A stretch of 64,000 nt of DNA from an uncultured virus (IMG/VR IMGVR_UViG_3300001598_000047) (Duplodnaviria; Heunggongvirae; Uroviricota; Caudoviricetes). The stretch lies in the IMG/VR virus record IMGVR_UViG_3300001598_000047; one strand, 5' to 3'. A model generated the notes under the pieces. That model had not been told where the DNA came from and ran no database searches. It saw only the letters and a program-made list of their open reading frames with translations. Both the position numbers and the translations under genes were made by a program. Below, piece by piece: positions 50,789 to 63,696 of this stretch (position 1 is the stretch's first letter; every line of letters begins with the position of its first letter).

Positions 50789-51682
50789 TTAATTAAATAA
50801 TTCTTTAGCTGTACCCTTTAATGTAGATGTTTTTAAATCTTCAGCTGGTGTATAACCTTCTTCTTTAGCAAATTCACGAATACGAGATAATGCCTTTTCA
50901 ACAAACCACTGTGTTGCTGGAGCTGACATATGCATAATATTTCCAATCTATCTATATGTTTTTCCATCAATTAAAAACATTTTTACAGCTGTTAATTCTT
51001 TCTATGGTAAACGTTTAAGATATTCTTTAAATTTTTCATGCTAAATCTAATCATCTTCATCTGACATTGGATTATCACCTTGATTTGGATCTGCAATCAT
51101 ATCTGCAACTGATGTTGCTTTATCTGCATACTAGCCTTTATCATTAGAAATTCTTGTATCAATAGAAATACTATCATTAGCTGTTAAATTATCACCATGA
51201 ATAGTTTGTTTTCTATCCATATTATATGGATTTTTTATACCAGCTTTAATCCAATTTTTAATATATGATAAAAATGGTACACCCATAGATGGATCATATT
51301 TATCTATACCATGAATCATTGAAATAATACCATTTTGAAATAAATCATTATGACTATTTGCTGGAACATTACCAAGACGTTCCTATTTCCATGCAATAGC
51401 ATGTACTAAATCTGTATATTTCTAAACAACTTTATTTCTTGCATCAATTCCCTAATTAGTATCAGGACTAGCTTTATATTTTTTGATTAATTCAATAGAT
51501 TCAAGGTCATTTTCATCAGTATTAGCTTTCTTATTTGCATACTATTGCTAAATTTTTACCTGATCCTATGGTGTTGGCTGTGCATCTTCACTAAAAATAT
51601 GTTTAAATAAAGTTCTATCTGTATATAGAATTTCTTCATATAACATATAATTCTATTTAAAAAATTTTAAAAATGATTTCAT
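50789..51682 (-). CDS. Sigma70-family RNA polymerase sigma factor; TAG read-through
   Basis: Region 2 ARNKVV*KYTDLVHAIA, DLFQNG, GIDKYDPSMGVPFLSYIKNWI; region 4 LP*KE, GKTYR*IG, KALSRIR. Confidence 0.88.
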
Positions 51683-51735
51683 AATAAATGTTTATTCCTT
51701 TGATATTTATAATATTTAATATTATTTATTATTTT

Positions 51736-52494
51736 TTATGCTCTTAAAATTATATTTGTATCTAATAATTCATACTAATCTTTTGTAATAGCCTAAATTG
51801 TTCTATCTTCAAAAAATATCCCATTATATTTTGCATAATATAAATCACCATTAAATGGATCAATTGAACATTTATAAATACTATTAATATCTTTATTAAT
51901 TAAATGTATATATTTAAATATATCAGTATCTCTATCATATATTAAACTACATGCTTTATGTTGCTAATTTTTATTTCTTGGAATTAATGAAAATAATAAT
52001 TTATTTGTATTAAATATTGGTCTAATACACATTATAGCATACATATTATTTATTTCATATAAAACATTATTAATATAAAAATTTTTATCACAATAAATTA
52101 ATGAAATTTCTGTATTCTAATCTTTATAATAAACATTTTTATTCTTTAACTAATATATTTGCTATTTTAAAACTATATTTAAAGTACTATTATATCCATG
52201 ATTAATAAATTCATTTTCTAAAACAAAATTTGATGTATACTAAAATAACCATTTATTATTATTTTTTATAATAAATGGATTACACTAATTAGTATTATTA
52301 TTAAAATCTTTTGTTGGTGTATCAATTTTTATAATTGTATCATTATTATATTTAAAAATTTTCCAATAATTATTAATTTTAATATCAAACAATAATACTG
52401 GTTTATTATTTACATAATAAATATATGGCATATGTAAAAAATCAGTATTATACTATAATAAAACTTGTTTTTTTAATTTATTTATATCTATCAT
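51736..52494 (-). CDS. Hypothetical protein
   Basis: ATG 52494 to TAA 51736 in frame, AGGAG upstream, TAG read-through. Confidence 0.55.
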
Positions 52495-52498
52495 TTAA

Positions 52499-55400
52499 TT
52501 ATGCTCCTTTAAAATTTCCGGATAATATTGTCTAAATATTATATTCCTATATATTTTTATCACTTGGTATATAATTAACAATACCGCTTTTACTATATTT
52601 TAATCGCTAACACTGAGTAAAACATTCTCTAACTAAATCTATTAAAACATCTTTTGTTAATGAATTATTTAAATAATGAATATTATTACATGTAGTTTTT
52701 GTATCATATCCATAAATAAATGCTTCACAATATAATAATTGAGAATATGACATTAACCCAGCTAATGTAGTTAATGGCTTTAACACATTATAAATTGTTT
52801 GATTTATTCTATATGCAATATATTTATATAAATTATTATAATTATTAATTAATTGTTGTATACTTTGTTTTTTTTGTTCATCTGTTCCTGGTGTAACTGT
52901 AACCTAAATATATCCAAATAATCCTTCATATGAATAATTACTTACAGTACCAGATGAATCTTCATAAGTATTCCAGTTAAAATTGCTTACATCTCCAGAT
53001 GAAATATTTGTATAATAAAAAATTCCGTGGCTACTAACTAGTATTATTACTACGTAATACAAATTTTAAATAATCTGTTGTATTAGTCTACATTTTAGAT
53101 TTTATTATAGCTGAAAGATCATTATATTTTGTACTAGGATCTTTAGTATCCTATATTGTATATGTACTTGGTGTTGTATCATCTTCACCAGCATAAATCT
53201 CTACAGTACCATTTAACATTTTCATTATAGACTATAAATGTAAATAATTTTTATATGTAAAAGACTCTATATTATTATACGTATCAATTTTTGGTAATAT
53301 AAAAGTATCATAATGTGAAGTATCAACTACTTTATTATTCAATATTCCAAAATATGTAGATAGATTTTGTTTAATTATTGATATATCCTAAAATATTAAA
53401 CTTGCATTTGAATTTTTTTTAAAATAAATAAAATAATCAGACTACTAAAATTTAGATTTAAAAAAATTAACTGATGATAATGTTATCTTATTATTATTTG
53501 TTATAGTATATTGCACATCCTATGATTTAACAAATGGTAATGTAAATAAACCATATGGAATATTATAAAATTCATAATTATTTGATATATGATAATGACC
53601 TGCTGTATATTTAATTTTATTTTTTTGTAACTCTGATAAATTAGTATCATAAATTGGATATACATTAATTGTGTTAAAATATCTAGCATTATACCATGAT
53701 ACATTATCATTAATATCATTTGGTATTTCCTATACTGAATATTGATTTTGGAATTGTAATCCATACATATATTTTAAAAATATTTTTTCAATAGTCTTAT
53801 TAACTAAATATGATTTAAACATTTGTAAATCAATAGAATATTTAACTTTCAAATTTTCATAATCTTTATTATATTCTGGTGAATATTCAAGAATATTTGT
53901 ATTTGCTGTTGAAATAATAGAAAAATTATATTTTAATGGCATATTATCAGTACCAACATTTTTCTATGCATAATAATTTGACTGTTCTGAAAAATCTAAT
54001 ATATTTAATTGACGTGTAATTGTATCATACATACAATAATTTATAAAATTATTTTTGCAAAGTTCATTAACTGGAAACATACGTAAATTTATAGAACTAC
54101 TTAATACTTTATTAAAATACTTATCTGTTGTAATAGAAGCAGAAAATGTATGATATATATCATTATCAGATGTCACTTGATTTACCCCAGTAATATATGG
54201 AATAGTATTATCAATTTCATAATCACTAGAATCAATAGCATGTAAACATAATAATGTATTATAACTTTCTTTTGTATATATTCTAAAAAAATATGAATTT
54301 TTTGCATACATTGGAATAACATTTGTTGTAGATGATAATATATCTGTTGATTTATACTAACAAATTTCATTATAAAACGGAGCTAGATCCTAATCGATAG
54401 TTTTATTCATATATAATTTTCTATTTTGAGAAAATAATAATGAATTATTTATATAACTTGATAAAAATTTAAATTTCGAATTAACAGTATTTTTTGAAAA
54501 CACTAATGATCGCGCAATATAATAATCCATTACTCGACAATTTGACTGTGGTGTATCTGGAATAATAGAATTACCATGTAAAGGTACTAAATTTGTAGTA
54601 TAAATACATAAACAGCTATCTAAATAAAATATTAATTTATTATAATCCTAAATAAACTTATGTGTTGTAACATTTTTATACTATAAATTACCATTTGGTA
54701 TATCATGTGACCCTGCTTTTAAATAATAACTATTATTTTGAACAGTAACTGATGCTTCAAAAATTGCATTTGTTTGTAATGTAATAACTGTTTTCTAAAT
54801 TGCTAAAAATAATGCATTAGAATTATTTGATTTAACTAATAATGGATTACAATATAATTCTAATGTATATGCATCAGAACTATTATTAAATTCTTTTGTA
54901 AAATTTTTCTTGTTAATATTTTTTTCTTCAATTATAATATCAGTAGCACTTAAATTTAAAATAGAAGATGTTGGATAAACATTACTAATATTACCAGTAA
55001 TAATATCGTAAAATGTATATGATTTATTATTATGATGATCAATTAATTTTGAATTATAATAAAAAGTATTAGCTACTTTAGAATTAGATAAATAACTGTT
55101 AAAATCTTCTATTGATTTAAAATATGTTAGTTTATTATTCTTAAATTCATTTATAAATTTTGTCCCAAAAATAGCTTGTTTTAATGGGTTTAAATTGATA
55201 TAGTATGATTGAAAACTAAATGTTTTTATTCCACCATCAGAAACTGTTAAAATATTTCCATCATAATAAAACGTAGCAGTATTTATACCACCATGTTTTC
55301 CCCACTGGTCATTATGTTTTCCCCATTTCATAGATGCAGTTACTGGTATTGAAATAGTGCTATCTGTACTATTATGAAATTTAATATGTGTATCATAAAA

Positions 55401-56969
55401 TCCTGAAAAACAACATGAAATATTGTGTTGTGTTGTATCAGTATATACTGTATTATTTTCAATTAACGATGACACATATGTTGATAATTCATTAATTTGA
55501 TTTTTAAAAATTGTTTTATAATTATATAAATAGTTACTATCTTTATTAATACATAATGGTAAAAATGATGCTGGAAACATATTAATCATTGATGCTGCAC
55601 TAATAGCTGCAACACCAGATGCAATATTATTATGAGATAAAAGAATATCTTGAAACTAAGAATTTCTATACCAATAATTATATCCAAAAACAGTTCCATT
55701 TGGAATTTTATTATTTTCAACTAAATAATCTGTATGTAAATGATCAAATAAACCATTATTTATATATTTATTTGAGTTTGTAGTATACATTGGATTAAAC
55801 GTTTTAACCTATTCTATATACTAATTAATATTGCTTAAATCAGAATTATTAGATGCAATAGAAAACTAATCTAATAATAATGGCATATTATTTGTTATAC
55901 AATTATTAAATAATATTTTTGAATTATATGCTACAATATATTTAATACAATCTAATGTATTGCTTTTATCATCATCTGTATCATAAAGACAATCAAATAA
56001 CTAAATATTTGAATTTTTAAAAATATTAATTGCATTGCATTGCTATGTAATTAAATTACCGTTAATTGTTGATTCTTTAGTATCTATTTTATTATATGGT
56101 TTATTTACTTTAAGATATTTCTGTTTAAGATTAAACAATTTAACATTAAAACAATTATCAAAATATAATATATAATATTGATAGCGTTTTTCAAGCATTT
56201 GCTAATTATCATTACCATATACTGAAACATTTTTACAATTTTTAAATTTTAATCCAATCTATAAATTATAAAATAAATGAGTTATAATTTCTCCACCATA
56301 AAAATCTGAAAACTAAATATTTGTATTTAATTTATTTTCAGTTAAATTTGCATCATTAAATTTAAATGTATATGTATATCCATTTAAATTTTTTGGTAAC
56401 TATTTAAGTAACGTATAAATATCTTTATTAATATTTATATTCTATTTGTCATATGGATATATAGATATATATTCATTATTAGATAAAACTTTTATATCTT
56501 GAATCATTTTACCAAAAATTATAATCTATAATGAATTAAATAAAACAGAATCCTTAAAATCTGAAAATTGTAATAATTTATTATTATTCAACGCATAAAT
56601 ATTTTTACTAATAATATTATTTTTTGATGGATATAATACAGTATTTCTATCATCATTTGGATAAAAATATATTGGACATGGAAACTATATTATACTGCCA
56701 TTATTCTATGTATAACAACTGTATTTACAATCATTAAAAGTAATATTAGAATTATTTAAATTATTAATTCTAATATAATTTTGATTATTATTAATAAAAT
56801 TTGAATTATTTAAAATAATATTATATATATTTGAACTATCTGAATAAGATAAATATGTATTTGTTATCTAAAAATCAGAATTCTATCCAATTATATTATA
56901 TATTCCAGATAATTTACTATCTGTATTATTTAGTAACGGGTTTTTTTGTTTTAAAAATAGTTTATTCAT
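52499..56969 (-). CDS. Large probable tail/baseplate structural protein (about 1489 aa); CGGA site at 53025
   Basis: ORFs 54795, 53964, 53730 share the frame of ATG 56969; 4471-1 nt = 1490 codons. Confidence 0.6.
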
Positions 56970-57061
56970 TATTTATTATTAAATATTAATTTATCATTAT
57001 TTATTAAATTAATTCAATATTTTAATAATTAATTTTTAAAAATTAATTATTTTTTAAAATA

Positions 57062-58586
57062 TTAAAGTGGATAAGCTTCCTATGTATCAGAACGATTAAT
57101 ATTACAATACTCCCAATTATCTGAATATTTTATAATATAAATAAATCTTGCCGTATCACTATTATATAATTTTTCTGCATTAGTTCCCATACTTGGCAAT
57201 GTTATATAATTGTCTGCATTATATAATTTTGCTAATTCTGCATTATATCTAATACTTTTTGGATCATCACAGTCAACTAATACTTTATAACTTACTGATG
57301 ATAATATATAAAATCCATACGGAATACTTGGTGTCCAATTATTTGTACCAGTATTATTATTTTTTACTTGACACCATCCAATAATTGACCCAATTGGTAA
57401 TATTGAATTTTCTGGAATATATGTTGTATTAAAAGTCTTATCTATAGGTAAATAAACACTTTTATCCAAAATATTATTTTTATTATTATTTGTTGTTTTA
57501 TTATATGTTATCTTTTTAGATACATTTTGAATAGGAAATATCTATCCTGATAAATTTTCCTTTCCTAAATCTGATATACTTTCTTGTACAGTATGTATAT
57601 GACATTCTAAACCATATTTATAATTATTATTAACAAATATATTTTTACTATCCTTATAAGATATTGTATAAAAACATATTATATTATTTTTTATATCTGA
57701 ATAATCTATACATAACTATGTATTTGTATCGATATAAGTATATTTATTATAATTTTCCTAATCATATGTATGTTCTTTATATAAAAAATCATCTTTAACG
57801 TTCTTTAAATAAATATCACTATTATATATATCTGTTGTTTTATATAAATTTGATGAAGTAGAAATCTAATTTATATACTATATATTTAAATTATAACCAG
57901 ATATCTAAACTTCATCATTATTACTAATAATATAATTATTATAAATATTAGAATTTTGTATATTTAAAAATTTTGTAGATGTTCCGATCAAATAAATTAT
58001 TATTAATTAATACATTAATATTAGATGAGTTTTTTATCTAAAATTTACCTAATGAATTTTTTATTCCATTAATATAATATTGATTAATATTTAAAGTGCC
58101 ATAAAAACTATTTAAATCATTAATAATAATATTATTATCTTTATATAATAATGAAACTGTTTTAGATTTGCCTTGAATAAAATTTAACGCAGACACATCA
58201 GTATTATAAATATAAGTATCTTTATATAATATTGAATATGAAATTATATCACTATAATAAAATTTATTTGAATCTAATTTTAAAATAAATGGATTATAAA
58301 TAAAAATGTTATTATCTATTTTATTTGATATTATTCCAGATGATTCAAAATTATAAAAACTGTTATTACTTACATTTTGTTTATTATTATAATCTATATA
58401 TTGTGAATTTATTGTAATATTTGCTTCCTAATTATTAGAATTAATTATTTTACTATTTATAGATAATATTTTATTGCTATTAGTCATTACTGTATTTAAC
58501 ATATTATTATATAAAATACCATTTACAGTATTAGAAACAATATTATATATACCTGCACTTATTTCTTTATTTAATTGAAAATCCAT
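57062..58586 (-). CDS. Probable tail-fibre protein with tail-collar-like C-terminus; CGGA site at 57984
   Basis: LPIGSIIGW...IPYGF...YIIKY; skipping C joins ATG 58586 to ORF 57080 frame. Confidence 0.65.
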
Positions 58587-58613
58587 AATTTATATCCTTT
58601 AAATAATAAAAAT

Positions 58614-60551
58614 TTACTATAACATTTGTTTTCGTAATTTTGAAAGCTAAAGATCATTTAATAATAAATCCTATTTATTATAATGAGTATATAATGAATA
58701 TTTTGTAACAGCAGAAATATTATTAATACCAGAAAAATTATAAAAATTATTATATATTTTTAAATTATTCATAATAAGCTTACTACAATTATTATTTAAC
58801 TTCTAAATTTCATTACCGACTTGATAAAATAATAAATTGATTTTCGCAATTAATAGAATAATATTGTTGAAAATATATTAAATTTTCACAATACTTACTA
58901 TTTATTATACGCTATTGCTACTATAATACTGAACTTGGAAATAGATAGTTATCTGTATAAAAAGTATTATCTTTATCAAACTAAATATTTAAATTTGAAG
59001 ATACTAAATAAATTTTACTCTATTTAAATTCAGTATTTGGATATGTCAACCCTAATTGCATTCCACTATTAATAGAATTATCTATTACTTTATATCCAAT
59101 TAATTGATTTGAATATATACTGCCTGAACTTTCAAAACAATTATATTTTGTATTTACTTGTGATAAATAACATATACTGCCTATTGGTAAATCATATTGA
59201 ATATTAGATTTACCGTGAAACTTCAGCAACTGTTAAAATATGTTTTTTATGACAATGATTAAAAATAGCACCTGGAATTGCATATCCATATAATGCACTA
59301 TTCCATATCATACCAGAAATTTTCTATGACAATAATTCTTTATTATTATTAAAAACACTATAATTATCTATAGCAGTAATTACAGAATTATATCCACTAT
59401 AAAAAATTATTGGTCTTTTATTTAATAATTTATTATTTGAAAAATAAAAATTATTATTTTTACTAACTACTTTTGAATTCTTTTTAGCAATAATATGCAC
59501 AAAATTCTTTAAAGAGCCTTGAGTATATTTCTAATTAAATTCATTATTTAATAATATAACGTTTGAATTATCTATTTCTATTAATGTTCCATACTTATAT
59601 AAAGTATTTGCACTAGATAATATATCTACTTTATATGAATAATTAGAATAGCTATTTATTAAATTTTTATACTAATCATTTGTAATAATATTATTAATAC
59701 GCGAATTAGAAATTAAAACTGACTCTACATTATTTAATTTTATTGGACATGATGCTAAAGAATAATAATTATTATTTAAATATATATTATGAATATCTAC
59801 AGTTTCACAATTAATAATATTAAATCTACTTTTTGAGTAATTTTCATTTTTATTATAAATCTAAATTTTACCATTATAAAATCCAGATAAATTATATATT
59901 AAATTATTAGTAGTTGAACCACTAAGATTAATACATAATTTTGCTTGATGTAAATCTTTTGGAATATATAATAAAATATTTTCTAATGCATCTTGAGTTA
60001 ATCCATTTATTTCATTTATATTAAATGATATAATTTTATAAGGATAAATAATATCATTTATATTATTTCCAAAAAATTTATAACATGTTCCATCATTAAT
60101 TAATTGTTTATTCCACCAAATTTCATTATTTAAATTACCAATTTCAGAGCTTATACCATTCTATAATTGTACTATTAAAAAAAAGTATGGAATTGTATTA
60201 AATCCGACCATTTGTTATATATGAAGAAACATTTGTTATTGATGTATTTTTTTCTGAATAACTAGATGGAAAATTTATAATTGAATTATTATAAATTTTT
60301 GATGTATATTTTGTTGTATTATAATCCTAAATATTTATACGAGAATTATTAGATACATTTATATTAAACATATCATTATTATTCTAATTATTATTCATAT
60401 TAACTTTAGAATTTAAAAATAATGCAATATTTTTTTCAAAAATTGGTAAATTTGATGATAAATAATTATTTTTAATATTTAAAGATGTATTATTAGAAAT
60501 AATAGAATATATTCCTTTATATTTAATATTTTTTACTATATCAATATACAT
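58614..60551 (-). CDS. Probable tail-fibre/structural protein; three CGG sites (60204, 59213, 58816)
   Basis: Each CGG is in the running frame; 1938-3 nt = 645 codons; LPIGSICY motif shared with neighbour. Confidence 0.65.
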
Positions 60552-60552
60552 T

Positions 60553-62511
60553 TTACTTTATAGCCTATGTAGCAATATAATTTTTTATTATATTAACATG
60601 ATTACTATTATTAATATTTAAAGCACCAATATATGAACTTGTTGAAATATTTTCTACAATTTTTGAATCATTTGTTGTATTCCAATAATATGCTGTTGAA
60701 AATCTCTTTGAAATTATTGCATTTACCTATGGATATGTTAATATTTTTTTGAAAAATAATATATTACGAATACTACCAGAAAAATAATTCCAATTAAATA
60801 ATGTATCAGTTATACCATTTCGTATTTTATTTGCAAAAAATTTAATAGATCTTTGCTAACTTAAAAATGTAGATTCTGTTGGTTTTGTAAATGTATAATT
60901 AGATTCCTAACTAAAATTATAGTCACCTTTTGTAATATCTGGAATATAAACTTGCTAAGAATAATATCCAGTAGACGAATCTTTTGTGTCAATTGAATAT
61001 ACTGAAACATTAATTCTCATTTTACCGGGATTAACTGTTCTATATTTTTCATCTACTTTATAACAGCTTCTGTCATTAACAGTTGTATTTGTTGTTAAAA
61101 AATCTATTACATAAAAACAAGTTTTTTTTGATACAAAATTTAATGATTCAGAAGACTGATAAGTACCATTATATGCAGCAACATTAGCATTTTCACCTAT
61201 AAAATTTGAATATATCTAATTTAATGAAATAGATAATCCTTTTAAATCATTGTCTGCATTAATAATAGTATCTGAAAATAACGGTACATTCTAAATTTTA
61301 GAAGCATTACTAGATAAATTTGCAAAAAAACATATTGAAAAATTATCACTAGTATCTAACCCATATAAATATGGTCTAATAGCTGTTTCTGTTAAATATA
61401 AATTATCAAAATTTGTAAACTATAAATAGTCTGGAATAGAATATGACTAAGTATTTTTATTCAATGTTAAAAATGTATTAGAACTAATAATTGATGATAA
61501 TAAATCTGTTGACTATGCATTTGTATTTATTTTTAATGCAAGACTATCAATAGTATTAAATATTTTACTATCAGTCTAATTCTACTAAGCATAAATTATT
61601 TTATCATTTGTAAAATAATTACATAAAAATAATCCAGCAACCTAAGATTTTGATGGCAATTTATTTTGACTATTTAGACGTGCTGCATTTATTGCACTCT
61701 AAGTAAATGCAGATAAAGAATTAATAATATTTAAATTTGTTAAATATATATCAGCAGTACAATCTGTAAAACATAAAGAACTATAATACATATTTATACC
61801 AGTACCGCTTAATGTAAAAGCTGATATTATTTTTTCTGAAATTTTTGCTGTATCCTGTAAATCATTAATAATACTTGTTAATTTTTCATTAAAATTAGAT
61901 ATAGACATTAATGTATTAATATTATTAATACTATTTATATCATCACTTTTTATTGCTTGCTAAATATCAGAATTTGAACGAATAATTAATGTTCCATTAG
62001 AAAATCCATTAAATACTATTGGTAATGAACTTACATCAATACTAATTTTAGGAGTTTCTTCTACAGTTACACTATCTGTTATTTTGGTTGCATATACAAA
62101 CTATACAATAAGCGTATATCCATTTAGTTGACGCGGTAACATATTTATAAAAGAATTAATTTTTTCAATATTTATTGCTGTCTGCTTTATTGTAGCATTC
62201 TAGTTTTCTAAAAAAATAACTGGTATTGAAACAATAGTATTTTGAGTTAAAAAATTATTTGAACCAATTAACTATATAATTGACTATTTGGTAAAATGTA
62301 TTGATGTATCTGCAATATGACCAATAATATTATTTTCAATATAATTATTTAATGCCTATGTTTTTATATCTAAATAATAATCATTATTCAATAAATTTAG
62401 TAAACCTCTATTAATTGTTGCATCATTAATTACTTCAGATGCCTAAACAATTATTTTTAATGGTGATGACCAAGGTAAACCAGCATGAATTAAATTTGTA
62501 TTTACTGCCAT
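60553..62511 (-). CDS. Probable tail-fibre/structural protein
   Basis: N-terminal INRGLLNLLNNDYYL motif typical of fibre proteins; single frame with TAG read-through. Confidence 0.6.
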
Positions 62512-62560
62512 TTAAAACCTATATAATTTTGTATTTGTTATTATTTACTAAATTTTAAGG

Positions 62561-62944
62561 TTAAATATTAAATAAATTATTTTTATTATCTAAATTATTT
62601 TCTTGTTGATATGTATCTTTATTTTTTAAATTATTTGATTTATTTGCTTTTATATATTTAATATATGCAGTGTTTTGTTTTGGTACCAAAGAATAAACTA
62701 AATGATAAAATTGTTTATTTGATAATAATTGTTGTATACTATTTAAATATTCTGCCATATTAATAAATTTACTATTCATACTTAAATAACGACATACCAT
62801 ATATTTTGAAAAATATTTTTCAAAATCTTGACATGTATCTAAACTATTATTTGAATATTTTAATAATATATCTGTTAAACAATCAAAAAATGAATTTATA
62901 TTTTTATTTAAAATTCTTTCTTTAACAATATCATTTGATATCAT
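62561..62944 (-). CDS. Sliding-clamp loader small subunit, T4 gp62-like
   Basis: FSKYMVCRYLSM, AEYLN, QFYHLVYSLVPK, YIK; AGGAG upstream; no TAG. Confidence 0.7.
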   Translation of the reverse strand: MISNDIVKERILNKNINSFFDCLTDILLKYSNNSLDTCQDFEKYFSKYMVCRYLSMNSKFINMAEYLNSIQQLLSNKQFYHLVYSLVPKQNTAYIKYIKANKSNNLKNKDTYQQENNLDNKNNLFNI

Positions 62945-62977
62945 ATTTAGTTTCTCCTTTAATTATTAAAATAAATA

Positions 62978-63007
62978 AAAAAGGCAAAAATTAAAATTTC
63001 TGCCTTT
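62978..63007 (-). terminator. Putative terminator downstream of Hsp20
   Basis: aaaggca...tgccttt inverted repeat with T tract on the minus strand. Confidence 0.55.
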
Positions 63008-63045
63008 AAAAGATTAGTTATGTTTATTTAAATAGTATATTGAAA

Positions 63046-63567
63046 TTAATTAATATTAATTTCAATCTCATTTTGTTCATTATCTTTCTGTTCTGAAATA
63101 ATTGGTAATGCAATAGATAATACACCGTCAATAAATTGAACTAACATATTTTTTGCATCAATTCGAGGTGTTAAACTCCATGTATAACTTGCTGCTCGTT
63201 TTGCAATACCATGTGAAAGATATTTTGCATAATATTCATATTTTTCATCAGAATAATCAACATCATTTAAAGGAATTAAATCAACCTTTAATGCTTTATT
63301 CTGAATTAATTTTACTTTAACTTCCTCTTTTGAAAAACCAGCTAAAGCAACATTAATTAAATATTGTTCTGGAATATCCGTCTTTTTATTATATTTTACA
63401 ATAATATCAATAGGATATGGAAAAGATTTTTTTACACAACTATTACTAAATACAGATTCAATTTCATTTATTAAATCCTGAAATGAAGAAATAGGTGTTC
63501 CTGGAAAAATTGCCGGAAATGGATATTCAAAAAATCCATTACGATTAATAATTGAGTTTTCGTTCAT
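63046..63567 (-). CDS. Small heat-shock protein (Hsp20/IbpA-like)
   Basis: FPYPIDI, VALAGFSKEEV, YLSHGIAKRA, FIDGVLSI; no TAG. Confidence 0.9.
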   Translation of the reverse strand: MNENSIINRNGFFEYPFPAIFPGTPISSFQDLINEIESVFSNSCVKKSFPYPIDIIVKYNKKTDIPEQYLINVALAGFSKEEVKVKLIQNKALKVDLIPLNDVDYSDEKYEYYAKYLSHGIAKRAASYTWSLTPRIDAKNMLVQFIDGVLSIALPIISEQKDNEQNEIEININ

Positions 63568-63696
63568 GTTTAAATTCCTTATATTTAAGCAAATTTTATT
63601 TAGTTTTTAAGATACCTTTATATTTAAAGCATATCTTATTAACATAACTAAACTTTTTATATTATATATAATAATTCAAAAAATAATTTTCTAAAA

